NCBI GenBank assembly: GCA_963806225.1
Contig: CAWDXG010000001.1
Span: forward strand, 768,001-832,000
Direction of reading: 5' to 3'
From: an uncultured delta proteobacterium
GTDB taxonomy: Bacteria > Myxococcota_A > Polyangia > Polyangiales > Polyangiaceae
Length of the DNA stretch: 64,000 nucleotides
Part shown: positions 7,584 to 18,977 of the stretch, piece after piece
Layout of the letters: each line of letters begins with the position of its first letter
Numbering within the stretch: position 1 is the stretch's first letter
The notes under the pieces: model-generated
Seen by the model: only the letters and a program-made list of their open reading frames with translations
Databases searched by the model: none
What the model was told of the DNA's origin: nothing
Program-made: the position numbers and the translations under genes

Positions 7584-10500
7584 GTGGATCCGCCGGTTAC
7601 CATCCCTGGTGTCGAGCTGCTCGAAGAGCTCGGCCGCGGCGGCAGCTCCGTCGTCTTTCGCGCCCGCCGCGGCGGAATCCCGTGCGCGGTGAAGCTCGCT
7701 TGCGGCTCGGACAAGGATTCGGTTTGGTTCCGTCGCGAAGCCGCTGCCCTCGCTCGCGTGCCCGACCGCGGCGTGCCGACGGTGCTCGAGGTCGGCGAAG
7801 TGCGCGGTACCGCCTATCTGGTGATGGAGCTGGTGGAGGGGGAGACGCTCGCGGCGCGCATGGCGCGGCGGAGCATGTCCGGATCCGAAGTGCTCGATGT
7901 CGGTCAAGGAGTAGCGCGGGTGCTCGACGCCATCCATCGCCGGGGTCTGGTGCACCGCGATCTTTCTCCGCGCAACATCGTGGTCGAGGAGGGCGGCGAG
8001 CTGCGGGTCGTCGACTTCGGGTTCGCCACCTTCACGCACTCGCCGCGCGACACGGGTGCGACCGAAGCCTACGCCGCGCCCGAACAGCGCCGGGTCCCTG
8101 TGCTGGTCGACGCGCGGACGGATCTGTACGCGTTGGGCGCCATCCTCTTCGAGTGTGCCACCGGCGCCCCGCCGGGTTGGCAGGCCTCGCAGGCGGTCGA
8201 GGAAGCGCGCTTCAGCGCTCCGCTCGCCACCCTGCTCGGCGGCTTGCTGGCGGCGGTGCCAGCGGAACGCTACCCGAGCGCAGCCGCCGTGCTGTCCGAC
8301 ATCGCGCGCGTCCACGCAGGAGCTGCACCATCGGGGCCGGTGCCCACCCGGCAGGGTGCGCCGGAGGCATTGCCGTTCGTGGGGTGCCTTGCAGAGCGGG
8401 CGGGGCTGCTGGGCGCCTGGTCGGAGGCGCGCGGCAGGCGCGGGCGCGCCGTGCTGATCATCGGGCCGATGGGGAGCGGCAAGAGCCGCCTGCTTCGCGA
8501 GGTGATGGGGGCGATCGATGCGGGGCCGGGTGGCGCCGGCATGGTGTACGTCCGCTGCGGCGATGCCGATCCACGACCGATGGCTGCGGTCCGCGCGATC
8601 TGCAATCGACTCGCCGACCGAATCGTCACGCTCGATCCGCGAGCGCGCGCCTCCGCGGAGGATGCCGTCCGGCGCGCCGCCGGGGGCGATCTGGCGCCGG
8701 TGCTGGGAGTCCTGTCGCCAGCGCTCGCCGGGCTGGGCGGCGTGACTCGAACAGCGCGACCGGACGTGAACGCCGAAGCCTTTGCCGCGCTCTCCGCGGA
8801 GCTCCTGGCGCGGCTTGCCCGAGAGCTCGGCGCGCTGGCGGTGATCGTGGACGACGCACAGTGGCTCGAGCCCGCGAGCGCGGAGGTCGTAGCGCGGCTG
8901 GCAGGCCGCGCTACACAGGGGTCGCTCCTGCTGGTCCTCGCCGCGCGCCGTGAGCCTTTCACCCGGGAGTCCAGAGTCATCCCGGGCGAGGGGCTGCTGA
9001 GAATCGATCTCGGGAAGTTCGCGGGCAGCGCGCTCGGGGCGCTGGTGGGAGGATATCTTGGACGCGAGCCCGACACGCAGCTTCTGGACTGGGTCTCCAA
9101 CATTTCGGACGGAACGCCGCTCGGCGTCGTCGAGCTGCTCGACGCCATGCTGGACGCAGGTGCGCTGGCGCCGCGAGACGGACAGTGGTGTTTCGACCGC
9201 GAGAGCGCCGAGCGGGTGTGTTTGCCCGGAGGCGCGCTCGAGCTCCTGTCGCGGCGTCTCGGCGAGCTTCCCGCCGCGACGCGCAGTGTGTTCCAGGCAG
9301 CGGCGGTCCTGGGTCTGTCGTTCGAGGACGCCCTGCTGGCCGAGGTGGCAGGTGTCGAGGCGGACGATCTCGGCTTCGCGCTGGCTCAAGCCCGCCGTGC
9401 CCGGCTGGTCGAGGCCGAGCCGCCGGGTCGCCACCGCTTCTTGCACGACAGCCTCCGCGAAGCGCTGCTTGCAGGGCTCGACGGCGAAGCGCGCCGCTCG
9501 ATCCACCAGGCTACCGCCGAGGCGCTCGATCGCTCCGGCAGCGGCGACATCTACGAGCTTGCCCGGCACCATGCGGCGGGCGAGCCTGGCCCGCGGCCCG
9601 CGCGGGTCTTCCAGGCCGCGCGGATCGCGGCGCACAAGGCGCTCGAGGAGCTCGACGGCGAGGCGGCGCTGCGCTTCTTCGAGGCGGCGCGCGCGGCGGC
9701 CGAGCGAGCCGGGATCGAGTTGGACGCGAGCCTGCTCGCTACCGCGGGCGAGGCGGCGCTGCACATCGGCGGGCACGCCGAGAGCATCGCGCACTTCGAG
9801 GCCGCCCTCGGCCGGAGCAGCGATCCGGTCGAGCGCGCGTCGCTGCTCGGGCGGATCGCCTGGGCCGAGCAGGCAAAGCCGGATCCCTATCGCGCCTGGG
9901 CCGCGCTCGAGCGCGCGTTCAGCGAGATCGGCGAGGAGATGCCGGCGGAGAAAGCGAAGACCATGGGCGAGGCGCTGCTCGCCGTCGGCCGCGCCGGGAT
10001 CGGCCGGCCCGCGGAGGCGGAGCGCTCCGCTCGCGTGCTCGAGCTACTGTGCCAGCTCCACTACCAGAATGCGCGGCTGGGCTACGAGTACGAAAAGCCG
10101 CTGCGCTTCCTGCAGAGCACCCTCCGGGGACAGGTAGCGGCGACCGCTGTCGGCCGCGGGCCGGCGGCGGCCCGCGGCGGGGTCGGGATCGCCCTGTGCA
10201 TCATGGGTTTCCGGCGGGCCGGATGGAACCACCTCCAGCGCGCCCGCGCGGAGGCCGCGCGGGCTGGAGACGCTCGAGGCGAGGCCTACTGCATGCAGCA
10301 CAGCGCCTTGGCCGCCTGTTTCAGCGGCGACTTCGATCGCGCCACCGAGCTATTCGGACAGGTCCTCGATCAGCGCGGCCCGTGGCTGGACGCGCATGAT
10401 TTCTAGCTGGACGTTCATACGGCCCACTTGCTCGAGGTGCTTCGCGGCCGCCCGCGCGAGGCCTGGCGCTGGCTGGAGCGCGCCATCGACCGAGCCGCGC

Positions 10501-12905
10501 CGCACGGCCGCGCGCCCGCCGCCTTTGTGATGGTCGCGCATTGTGCGCGAGCCACCCTGGCCGCGCTCGACCGAGCCGGCTCGGTGGAATTGCACCGAGC
10601 CCTGGGCCTTCCCGTGGATCTCGATCTGCCCTTGAAAGGTTTCATGCGGACGGGCTCGTGGGGCTCCCGAGCGAGGTATCTCGTCGAAACGGGCGCCATC
10701 GGCGACGAGCTCGACGCGCTTGTCGCCGAGTTCCGGGCCGAGGGCATCCATGCTCGCCGTGCGCACCCGATCCTCGTCGAGTACTACATCGCCGTTGCGG
10801 AGGCGTACCTCCTGCGCTGCCTGAGGGCCACGCCCGCCGACCGCCCGCAACACGTCGCGGAGCTCCGGCAAGCCGTGCAGGACCTCGAGGCCGTGGCGCG
10901 CTATCCGCTCTACCGCGCGCACCTCCGTCTCGCAGAGGGATTCCTGGCCTGGTTCGAGGGCTCGCCCGCTCGGGCGCGGAACAAGCTCGTACAGGCCGAG
11001 GAGCTCGCCGATCGCACGAACTGCCCGGCAGTTCTGTTCGGCGTCGCCCGGGCGCATGCGCACATCCTGAAGTCCGAGGGCCGTGCGGAAGCTTCGCGTG
11101 AGCGCGCGCGCATGGCGCTGGCGATCGCCCACGGCCTGGGAGCTGTCCCGCGCGCGCGCTGGATCCTCGACGAGCTCGGCGGCTCGTTGTCCGCCGCCGA
11201 CACCTCGCTCCGGTCCCCTCCCGTCAGGTCTTCATCGAGCAACAGACACCAGCTGCGGGCGTTGCTCAAGCTGTTCAGGGTCTGCAACGGCGAGCTCGCC
11301 GACGACGTGCAGGCGCGCCTGCTCGTCGACGAGCTGCTCGAGAGCGTGTCGGCCGAGCGCGGCCTGCTCGCGTTCGAGCCAAGCGGGCAGGGTCGCAGCG
11401 TCCGCGTGGCACGCCAGCCCGGCGGACAGGATTGGGGCGGAACGCCCGAAGCGCACGCGCTGGTCGACGAAGTGCGGAAGTGCGCCGAGCCCCGAGCGCG
11501 CGATGCCGTGGTCGCCGCGAACGGTTCCTCCGGTGAGGTGACGCGCGCTGTCGCCGTTCCCCTCTTCCTGAACGACGCAGTCGTCGGCGCAGTGTACCTG
11601 GAGCGTACCCGGACTCCGTTCGCCGAGCCGGAGATGGACATCCTGCTCGCACTCTCCTATCAGGTCCCGGTTGCGCTCGAGCTGGCGCGAGCCCTGGCCG
11701 AGCGCGAAGCGCTGGAGCAGAGCCTGAGACGCGTGCAGAAGATGGAAGCGGTGGGGCGTTTCGCGGGCGGCATCGCGCACGACTTCAACAACATGCTGAC
11801 GGCGATGGAGAGTTCTCTGTCGATCGCCATGTCGGATGAGGCGCTCCGCGCGGAGTCGCAGTCGGAGCTCGCTATCGTGCACGGCGCAGTGCGCAGGGCG
11901 TCGGACCTCACGCGCCAGCTACTGAACTTCGCGCGGCGCCAGGTTCCGGCTTCGCACACGCACGACCTGCACGAGGTGCTCGAGCAACTCGGGCCGATGC
12001 TGCAGCGATTGCTCGGAGCCAGGATCGAGGTAAGCGTCGATCCTGCTGCAACGCGAGCGCACTGTCGGCTCGACCGCTCGCTGTTCGAACAGGCGATCGT
12101 GAACCTCGCGCTGAACGCGAGGGACGCGATGCCGGACGGGGGCCGTCTCGCGATCGCGACCGAGGACATTTCGTTCGATGAAACCCCGGAGGAGCCTCCG
12201 CCCGGGCTGGCTCGCCGGACGTACGTGGTGGTCACCGTTAGTGACAGCGGCGCGGGGATGGCGCCGGAGGTACGCGACGGCGCATTCGACCCGTTCTTCA
12301 CGACCAAGAAGGTCGGCCAGGGTACCGGGCTCGGCCTGTCCACCGTGTACGGGTTCGTCCAGCAGAGCAACGGGGTGATCGAGCTCGACAGCGAGCCCGG
12401 TCAGGGCACGACGTTCCGCATCTATCTGCCTCGTTCGAACGATCCCCCTGTCCGAGCTGGGAGCGCGCCGGGAGCAGCCGATGCTCCGACTTCCTCTCCA
12501 AGGCGCGTCGCCACCGAAACCGTACTGCTCGTCGAAGACGAGGCTCTCGTGCGCAAGTCCCTGCGTCGCCTCCTGGAGCGGGCGGGCTACCAGGTGCTCG
12601 ACGCGCCGGACGCCGAAGCCGCGCTGGAGCTGGCTCGAAGCCGCGGAGCCGAGTTCGATGTCGTGCTTTCCGACGTGCTCCTGCCCGGAATGCTGGGAAC
12701 AGAGCTTGCGAAACGGCTCAGGGAGATCGTTCCCGGGGCGAAGATCCTTCTGATGTCCGGCTACACGGACGGCAAGCTCGAAGGCTCGCTGGACGATCTC
12801 GGCGCAGGCTTCCTCTCCAAACCCTTTACGCCCAAGCAGCTCGACAACGCCATACGCGATCTGATGGGGCGCACCGAGCCCCGCAAGCACGAAGGCGCGG
12901 GCTGA
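7584..12905 (+). CDS. Hybrid Ser/Thr kinase - AAA ATPase - helical repeat - GAF - histidine kinase - receiver protein, interrupted by an in-frame TAG at 10404-10406
   Basis: LGRGGSS.V, HRDLSPRN, DFG; Walker A GPMGSGKS and Walker B VIVDD; GAF AVPL...VVGAVYLE; HisKA GGIAHDFNNML; NARDAM, FFTTK, GTGLGL; REC VLLVEDE..DVLLPG..KPF. ORFs 7584..10406 and 10428..12905 are in the same frame. Confidence 0.85.
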
Positions 12906-12924
12906 GCCCCCGTCGCGCAGCTAC

Positions 12925-14595
12925 CTACGCGGCCGAGGCGGCGTGAGCACCGGCCCGCGGAGTCACTGCCCGCGGACCGCCCGCGTTGACCGATGCCACG
13001 AAGCCCGCGAGACGCTTCGAACCGCCGAGGATCAAGTTCTCCAGCATGGCGTCCTTGAATCGCGCGGGCGGCAGACCGCCCATCAGGGCGATCATGTACG
13101 ACGCGTCGTCGATGTTCGTGGAGATCCTCTCGCGCTCGAGGCGCGCGATGAAATCCCCGCACTGGGCGAAGAGCTCGTCGGCGCTGCGCCCACCCAGCGA
13201 GAAGCCGGGATGCGGCGCCAGATCGCGAGGCAGGAGGAAGTCCTGATCCCAATCCAGCAATCGTGTCACGTAGCCCGCTTCATCGATGCCGTTCTCGATC
13301 TCGAAGCCGTAGACGCTCCGGTTGTTCCACCACTGGCTGGCGGGCGTGAGGAACGACGGCATGACCATCACGGAACCATGGCGATGCTCCGAAAAAGCGT
13401 CGCATAGCAGATCGAAGGTGCGCGCCTCCGACTCCGGGCTCTCGAACGGTGCCGGAATGATTACCGAAACGCAGGCAAAGATGCCGTTGCGCATGGCCGA
13501 GCGGATTGTCTCGACGACGTGCTCGCGCGGACCGTTGTTTTTGTTGTGCGCGCGCCGGAGCAGGTCGGGGTCGCCCGACTCGACTCCGAAGAACAGGCCC
13601 GAGAGGCCGGAGGCAGCGAGGCGCGGCATGTCGGCCGGGCGGACGTTGTTGAGCGAGGCGTAGGCCGAGTAGCGGAACGGCAGCTGGCGTTCGGTGATGC
13701 AGTCGGCGATGCGGTTCAGGTACTTCCACGGCGGATTCGAGCCTGAAAGGCGGAAGAAGCGCACTCCGTCGCTCCGGTACGCGAGCTCCATCTCGTCGAC
13801 GACCCGCTCGGGCTGTTTCGTGCGGGTGACGCCGCTGAGACGCGGATGGGCGCAGAACGCGCAGCGGTTGAAGCAGCCCCGGGACTCGTCGATGACGCGA
13901 GTCGCAAAGAAGCTGTCCAGGTTCGGATATGCTTCTCGGGAATAGTCTGGGAACGGAAGCTGGTTCAGATCGGAGTTGTAGGTCGTGCTGCCGTCACGCC
14001 GGATCCGGCGATTGAAGCGCAAGAGCTCGCCGCGCGCGGTCCCGCGCGCGATCGCCAGGATTGCCGCTTCACCGTCGCCGCTCACCAGGTGGTCGAAGAT
14101 GCGTGTGCGGTGAAGCAGATAGTCCTCGCAATAGGCGACCATGGGGCCGCCCGCTGCCAGCGCCACGTGCGGAAACGCCTCCCGCACCGCCGCCGCCATG
14201 CGCAGGTTCGCCGGGAAGCCGCTGCCGGACCACAGCTTGAAGCCGACCACCGTCGCGCGCTCGCGCTCGACGGTGTGGAGCAGGCGCTCGGTAGCGAGCT
14301 GCTCGAAGTGGCGTTGCGCGTCAAGTCGGCGGTCGCGGTAGGGGAGGTACACGCCCGCGTCGACGGCGCGCCCGGCCGAGAGCCGCTCGAGCACGCGCGC
14401 CGCGTGTTCGGTGCCCGCGCGATCGCCGATCGAGCCGATGTCGGCGGGATTCATGAAATCGAGGATGCGTACCCCGATGCCTTCCGCGCCCAGCACGCCG
14501 GCCAGAGTGGCCAGAGAATTGTCCGGGACGAAGGTATTGGCAGTGAGGACGTAGCCGGCATAGTTGACGAGCAGCACAGAGGGAGAAGCAGTCAC
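12925..14595 (-). CDS. B12-binding domain radical SAM protein (class B methyltransferase-like)
   Basis: ESRGCFNRCAFC (CxxxCxxC), N-terminal cobalamin-binding-like VVGF..AGGP..V.GDGE, FGVESG. Confidence 0.85.
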   Translation of the reverse strand: MTASPSVLLVNYAGYVLTANTFVPDNSLATLAGVLGAEGIGVRILDFMNPADIGSIGDRAGTEHAARVLERLSAGRAVDAGVYLPYRDRRLDAQRHFEQLATERLLHTVERERATVVGFKLWSGSGFPANLRMAAAVREAFPHVALAAGGPMVAYCEDYLLHRTRIFDHLVSGDGEAAILAIARGTARGELLRFNRRIRRDGSTTYNSDLNQLPFPDYSREAYPNLDSFFATRVIDESRGCFNRCAFCAHPRLSGVTRTKQPERVVDEMELAYRSDGVRFFRLSGSNPPWKYLNRIADCITERQLPFRYSAYASLNNVRPADMPRLAASGLSGLFFGVESGDPDLLRRAHNKNNGPREHVVETIRSAMRNGIFACVSVIIPAPFESPESEARTFDLLCDAFSEHRHGSVMVMPSFLTPASQWWNNRSVYGFEIENGIDEAGYVTRLLDWDQDFLLPRDLAPHPGFSLGGRSADELFAQCGDFIARLERERISTNIDDASYMIALMGGLPPARFKDAMLENLILGGSKRLAGFVASVNAGGPRAVTPRAGAHAASAA

Positions 14596-14717
14596 ACCAG
14601 GCGGGCTACACGCAGCCTGTCTGTGGGGCCAAGTCCGGAGCCGATGTTCCGGCGGCGGCGGTGACCAACGTCATCTCGAACGCACGCGCTCTCCGCGGGC
14701 GATCGGCAGCGGCGCTA

Positions 14718-16091
14718 CTAGCGCGGCTTGCGGCGGATCACGCCGGGCGGGTCCGGGCGCCGTTCGTTCCCGGCGGGCTTCGGAGCAGCGGGCTTCGGCG
14801 CGTCCTGTGGAGCGGGCCGTGGCTCTGGCGCCGGCTTCTGGGGTGCCGCTGCTTCGGGGGCGGCGGCGCGGGCGGGCTCGGGCGGCGCTGCGGGCGGGTC
14901 GGCGCGCTTCGGCGGCTCGGGCGGCGGCTCGGGCAGGCCGAGCTTCCTGCGCAGCACGTCCCCGAGGCTGCCGAGGCTGCCGCTTCCGCCGCTCGAGAAA
15001 TCGCGGAAATTCCGCCGCTCCTCGACGCTTGCCACGCTGCGGGCGCTGAAGCGCAGCTTGCCGTTGTCCGGGTCACGGCTGAGCAGCACGACCTGGACCT
15101 GGGTGCCGACGGGCAGCGCCTTCCTGTGGTCGTTGCCGTGCGGCAGGCCGAGCTCGCGGATGGGCACCAGGCCTTCGCCAATCTTCGTGTCCACGAACAC
15201 GCCGAAGTTCGCGAGCCGCGTCACCGTCGCTTCCAGCACCTCGTCCTTGGCCGGCAGCTCGTGCTCGGCCGGTTGGGCCAGCGCCTTCATCGATAGCCGC
15301 ACCCGTGTCCCGCCCTTGTGGTTCTCCTCGACGGCGAGCACGCGCACCCTGACCGTTTCGCCCTCGCGCACGATGTCCTCGACGCGCTCCACGCGGTGCG
15401 GCGAAAGCTCCGAGATGTGGACGAAGCCCTCCACGCCGCCGAGATCGATGACGGCGCCGTGCTTCTGCGTCGAGTGCACCACGCCTTCGAGGTCGCTGCC
15501 CGGCGTCAGGACGCCGCTCATCTCCTCGAGCTTCTGGCGGCGCTCATCCTCGAGCAGCGCGCGGCGCGACAGCACAATCGAGCGCCCGCCGTCGCGCACT
15601 TCCAGCACCCTGAACTCGAGCGTCTGCCCCTCGTAGCTCGTGAGGTCGGCGACGTAGCCAAGCTCGACCTGCGAAGCCGGGCAGAACGCGCGGAGCGACC
15701 CCAGCTCGACCTCCAGCCCGGCCTTGACCGCCTTCGACACGCGGCCCTCCACGGGCGTGCCGCTCTCGAGGGCCATCGCAAGCTCCGCGCCTGCGAGCGC
15801 ACCGCCGTGTCCCATCGACGTGGCGAGTACCGGTGCGTCCGGCGACGGATCGACAACGGTGGCCCGCACGCGGTCGCCCACAGAAAGCCGCAGCTTGCCC
15901 TCGCGGTCCTCGAAGCTGCTCCGATCCATGCGCGCGTCCGCGGGCGTGCCGATGTCCACGAATACGCTGTCGGGGCCAATCTGGATCACGGTCCCTTCCA
16001 CAACGTCGCCGGATGACAAGCGCTTGCGCGCGCGACTGGTGTCGCTCTTGAGCGAGTCCTCCATCAACGAGGCGAAGTCGTCCTTGGGCAT
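14718..16091 (-). CDS. S1 RNA-binding domain protein (ribosomal protein S1-like paralog)
   Basis: Four S1 repeats (GDVVEGTV, AFCPASQ, VEGFVHISEL, FGVFV..EGLVP) and a Pro-rich tail. Confidence 0.85.
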   Translation of the reverse strand: MPKDDFASLMEDSLKSDTSRARKRLSSGDVVEGTVIQIGPDSVFVDIGTPADARMDRSSFEDREGKLRLSVGDRVRATVVDPSPDAPVLATSMGHGGALAGAELAMALESGTPVEGRVSKAVKAGLEVELGSLRAFCPASQVELGYVADLTSYEGQTLEFRVLEVRDGGRSIVLSRRALLEDERRQKLEEMSGVLTPGSDLEGVVHSTQKHGAVIDLGGVEGFVHISELSPHRVERVEDIVREGETVRVRVLAVEENHKGGTRVRLSMKALAQPAEHELPAKDEVLEATVTRLANFGVFVDTKIGEGLVPIRELGLPHGNDHRKALPVGTQVQVVLLSRDPDNGKLRFSARSVASVEERRNFRDFSSGGSGSLGSLGDVLRRKLGLPEPPPEPPKRADPPAAPPEPARAAAPEAAAPQKPAPEPRPAPQDAPKPAAPKPAGNERRPDPPGVIRRKPR

Positions 16092-16162
16092 GGGGCCGGA
16101 GCATGCCACCGGGAGGCGCCCACACAAGCGAATTGCGCGCTCGAACGACGTGGGCCGCCTGC

Positions 16163-18444
16163 TCAGCCCCCGGAACTCTCACGCTGGCGCTGTTCGGTGC
16201 GGATGGCGCGCATCACGGTAATGGCGGTCATGTGGACGATGGAGTCGACCTTGGCGCTCTGCTGGAGCACGTTCACGGGCTTCTCCATTCCGAGTACGAT
16301 AGGTCCGATCACCTCTGCGCCGCCGGCCGCCGCGAGCAGCTTGTAGGCTGCGTTGCCCGCGTCGAGATTCGGGAAATATCAGCACGTTGGCCGGGCCTTT
16401 CAGCGTGGTGAAGGGGTAGGGGGCGCGCGCTTCCTCGTCGAGCGCGACGTTGGCCTGCATCTCGCCGTCGATCGTCAGGTCCGGACGGCGCTCCTTCACC
16501 AGCGCCGTGGCGCGCGACACCTTGAGCGACTGCGGGTGCGGAGCGTCGCCGAAGTTGGAGAAGGAGAGCATCGCGATGCGGGGCTCGATGCCCAGCTCGT
16601 TGACGATGTCGGCGGCGAGGATAGCCGTCTCGGCGAGCGTCTCGGCGTCGGGGTCGATGTTGACGGTGGTGTCCGCGAGGAACTTCACGTCACGTTTTGT
16701 CACGACCATGTACATGCCCGCGGCGTGTTTGACGCCGCGGCGCACGCCGATGATCTGCAGCGCTGGGCGTATCGTGGCCGGGTAGTCCTGCTGCTCGCCG
16801 GCGACCAGGCCGTCGGCGTCGCCCTGGTCGAGCATCATCAGACCGAAGGCCGTCCGTGTCCGTCTGCAGCGTCTTGACTGCGTCGTGGCGCTTGACGCCT
16901 TTGCGCTGCCGCTTCGCGAAGTAGGCGTCCACGTAGCGCTCGAAGCGTTCGTCATTGCGCGGGTCGACCAGCGTGACTCCACAAAGATCCAGCCCCAGCT
17001 CCGCGGCGCGTCTCTCGATCCGGTCGGGCGGACCGAGCAGGATGGGCTCGGCGATGCCCGCTTCCACCACGCGTTGCGCGGCGCGCAGCACGTTGTCCGC
17101 CTCGCTCTCCGGGAAGACGATGCGGCGCGGGTTCGCCTTGGCCGTCTCGGTGATGTTCCACAGCACGCGCCGCGTGGGCGAGATGGTGCGGTAGAGCCGC
17201 TGGCTGTAGCCTTCGACGTCGCAGTCCTCGCGCGCGACGCCGCTCTCGAGCGCCGCCCGCGCCACAGCGGGAGCCACCCAGTACAGCACGCGTGAGTCGA
17301 ACGGTTTGGGGATGATGTAGTTCTTCCCGAAGCGCAAGCTCTGCCGGCCGTAGGCGCGCAGCACGTCGTCGGGTACGTCCTCGCGGGCCAGGGCCGCCAG
17401 CGCGCCCACCGCGGCGACCTTCATTTCCTCGTTGATGGTCGTGGCGCGCACGTCGAGCGCGCCGCGGAAGATGTACGGAAACCCGAGGACGTTGTTGACC
17501 TGGTTCGGGAAGTCACTGCGCCCGGTGGCTACGATGGCGTCGGGACGCGCCTTCTGCGCTTCGTCGTACGGGATCTCCGGATCCGGATTGGCCAGCGCGA
17601 AGATGAGGGGCCGCTCGGCCATCGTCCGGAGCATTGCGGGCGTCACGATGCCGCCCGCCGACAGGCCGATCATCACGTCCGCGTTTTCCAGTGCATCGGC
17701 CAGCGTGCGGCGCCGTTCGCCGGCCGGTCGCGCGAACGCGCCGCGGAACTCGTCGATGTCGCCGCGACCCTCGTACAGGACGCCGTCGACATCGACCATC
17801 GTGATGTTCTCGCGCCGGACCCCGACCCGCACCCACATCTCCATGCACGCCGTGGCGGCGGCTCCAGCGCCGATGCAGGTCACGGAGAGCGAGTCGAGCG
17901 GCCTTTCCTGGAGCTCTGCCGCGTTCTTCAGCGCCGCGGCCGAGATGATGGCGGTGCCGTGCTGATCGTCGTGGAAGACGGGAATATTCATCCGCTCGCG
18001 CAGCGCGCGCTCGATCACGAAGCAGTCCGGCGCCTTGATGTCCTCGAGGTTGATGCCTCCGAAGGTCGGCTCGAGAGCGTGGACGACGTCGATGAAGCGC
18101 TCGGGATCGGTTGCGTCCACTTCGATGTCGAACACGTCGATGTCGGCGAAGCGCTTGAACAGGACGGCCTTGCCCTCCATCACGGGTTTTGCGGCGCGCG
18201 GTCCGATGTCGCCCAGCCCGAGCACGGCCGTGCCGTTGGTCACCACCGCGACCAGATTGCGCCGGGCGGTGTACAGGTCCACGGCGTCGGCGTCGCGCTG
18301 GATTTCGAGGCAGGGTTCGGCCACGCCGGGTGAATAGGCGAGCGAGAGATCGAGCTGCGAGGCGACCGGCTTGGTTGGAACGACCTCGATCTTTCCCGGG
18401 CGGCCGTTCCGGTGGTAGGCGAGGGCGTCGTCGCGTCGGCTCAT
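16163..18444 (-). CDS. maeB: NADP-dependent malic enzyme with PTA-like domain, frameshifts near 16860 and 16372
   Basis: [42 protein letters not shown]. The PTA domain ([22 protein letters not shown]) continues in shifted frames to a TGA at 16163. Confidence 0.9.
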
Positions 18445-18546
18445 GTTCCCTGCATCCTACCCCGACCGCACCGTAGGGCGTGCATTCCGGCTTCTCGCAC
18501 ACGATTGCGCGTGCTTCCGGATGAACCCATGTTGTCCCGAGAGGCG

Positions 18547-18894
18547 ATGAAGCGTTCGACTCCCATGAAAGCGGCTCTGGTCGCCTTGGCTCTGTTCGTC
18601 GTGCCGGCTCTGGTGAGCCCGGCGGCCGCGGAGGACGGGAGCGCGAAGCAGCCCGACGCTCCGGCCTGCGTACAGTGGCGTACCGAGGTGCGCTACGCGA
18701 ACTACGGCTACGACCATTGGGTCATCATCCACAATGGCTGCGAGCGCAGAGCGGTCTGTGTTGTCTCCACGGACGTCAATCCGCGGCCGATCCACGTGGC
18801 CGTTCCGGCGGGCAGGACGAAGCAGGTCTTGACCTTCCGGGGCTCGCCGGCCCGCGAGTTCAGGGCCCATGTGGTCTGCCGGCTCCACGGCTGA
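18547..18894 (+). CDS. Small secreted hypothetical protein
   Basis: Signal peptide ALVALALFVVPALVSPAAA and four Cys. Confidence 0.6.
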   Translation: MKRSTPMKAALVALALFVVPALVSPAAAEDGSAKQPDAPACVQWRTEVRYANYGYDHWVIIHNGCERRAVCVVSTDVNPRPIHVAVPAGRTKQVLTFRGSPAREFRAHVVCRLHG

Positions 18895-18977
18895 GCAGCG
18901 GGATCCCTCGCTTCGGCCGGCCGGTGTGGCGATAGCGGCGCTGCCGTACTAGCGTCCCCCGCAGCGTTTTCCCGCTC

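Noticed and set aside
10404..10406. TAG reassignment or pyrrolysine readthrough in the hybrid kinase
   Set aside because: TAG ends conserved genes at their expected positions here (metH, nadE, gdhA), and no pyl genes are visible.
5100..14600. Formal genomic island or mobile element call for the accessory block
   Set aside because: No integrase, tRNA or flanking direct repeats seen, and I cannot quantify a composition shift by eye.
14718..16091. Calling this the main rpsA
   Set aside because: Only four S1 domains plus a Pro-rich tail, more like a paralog, so no symbol was given.
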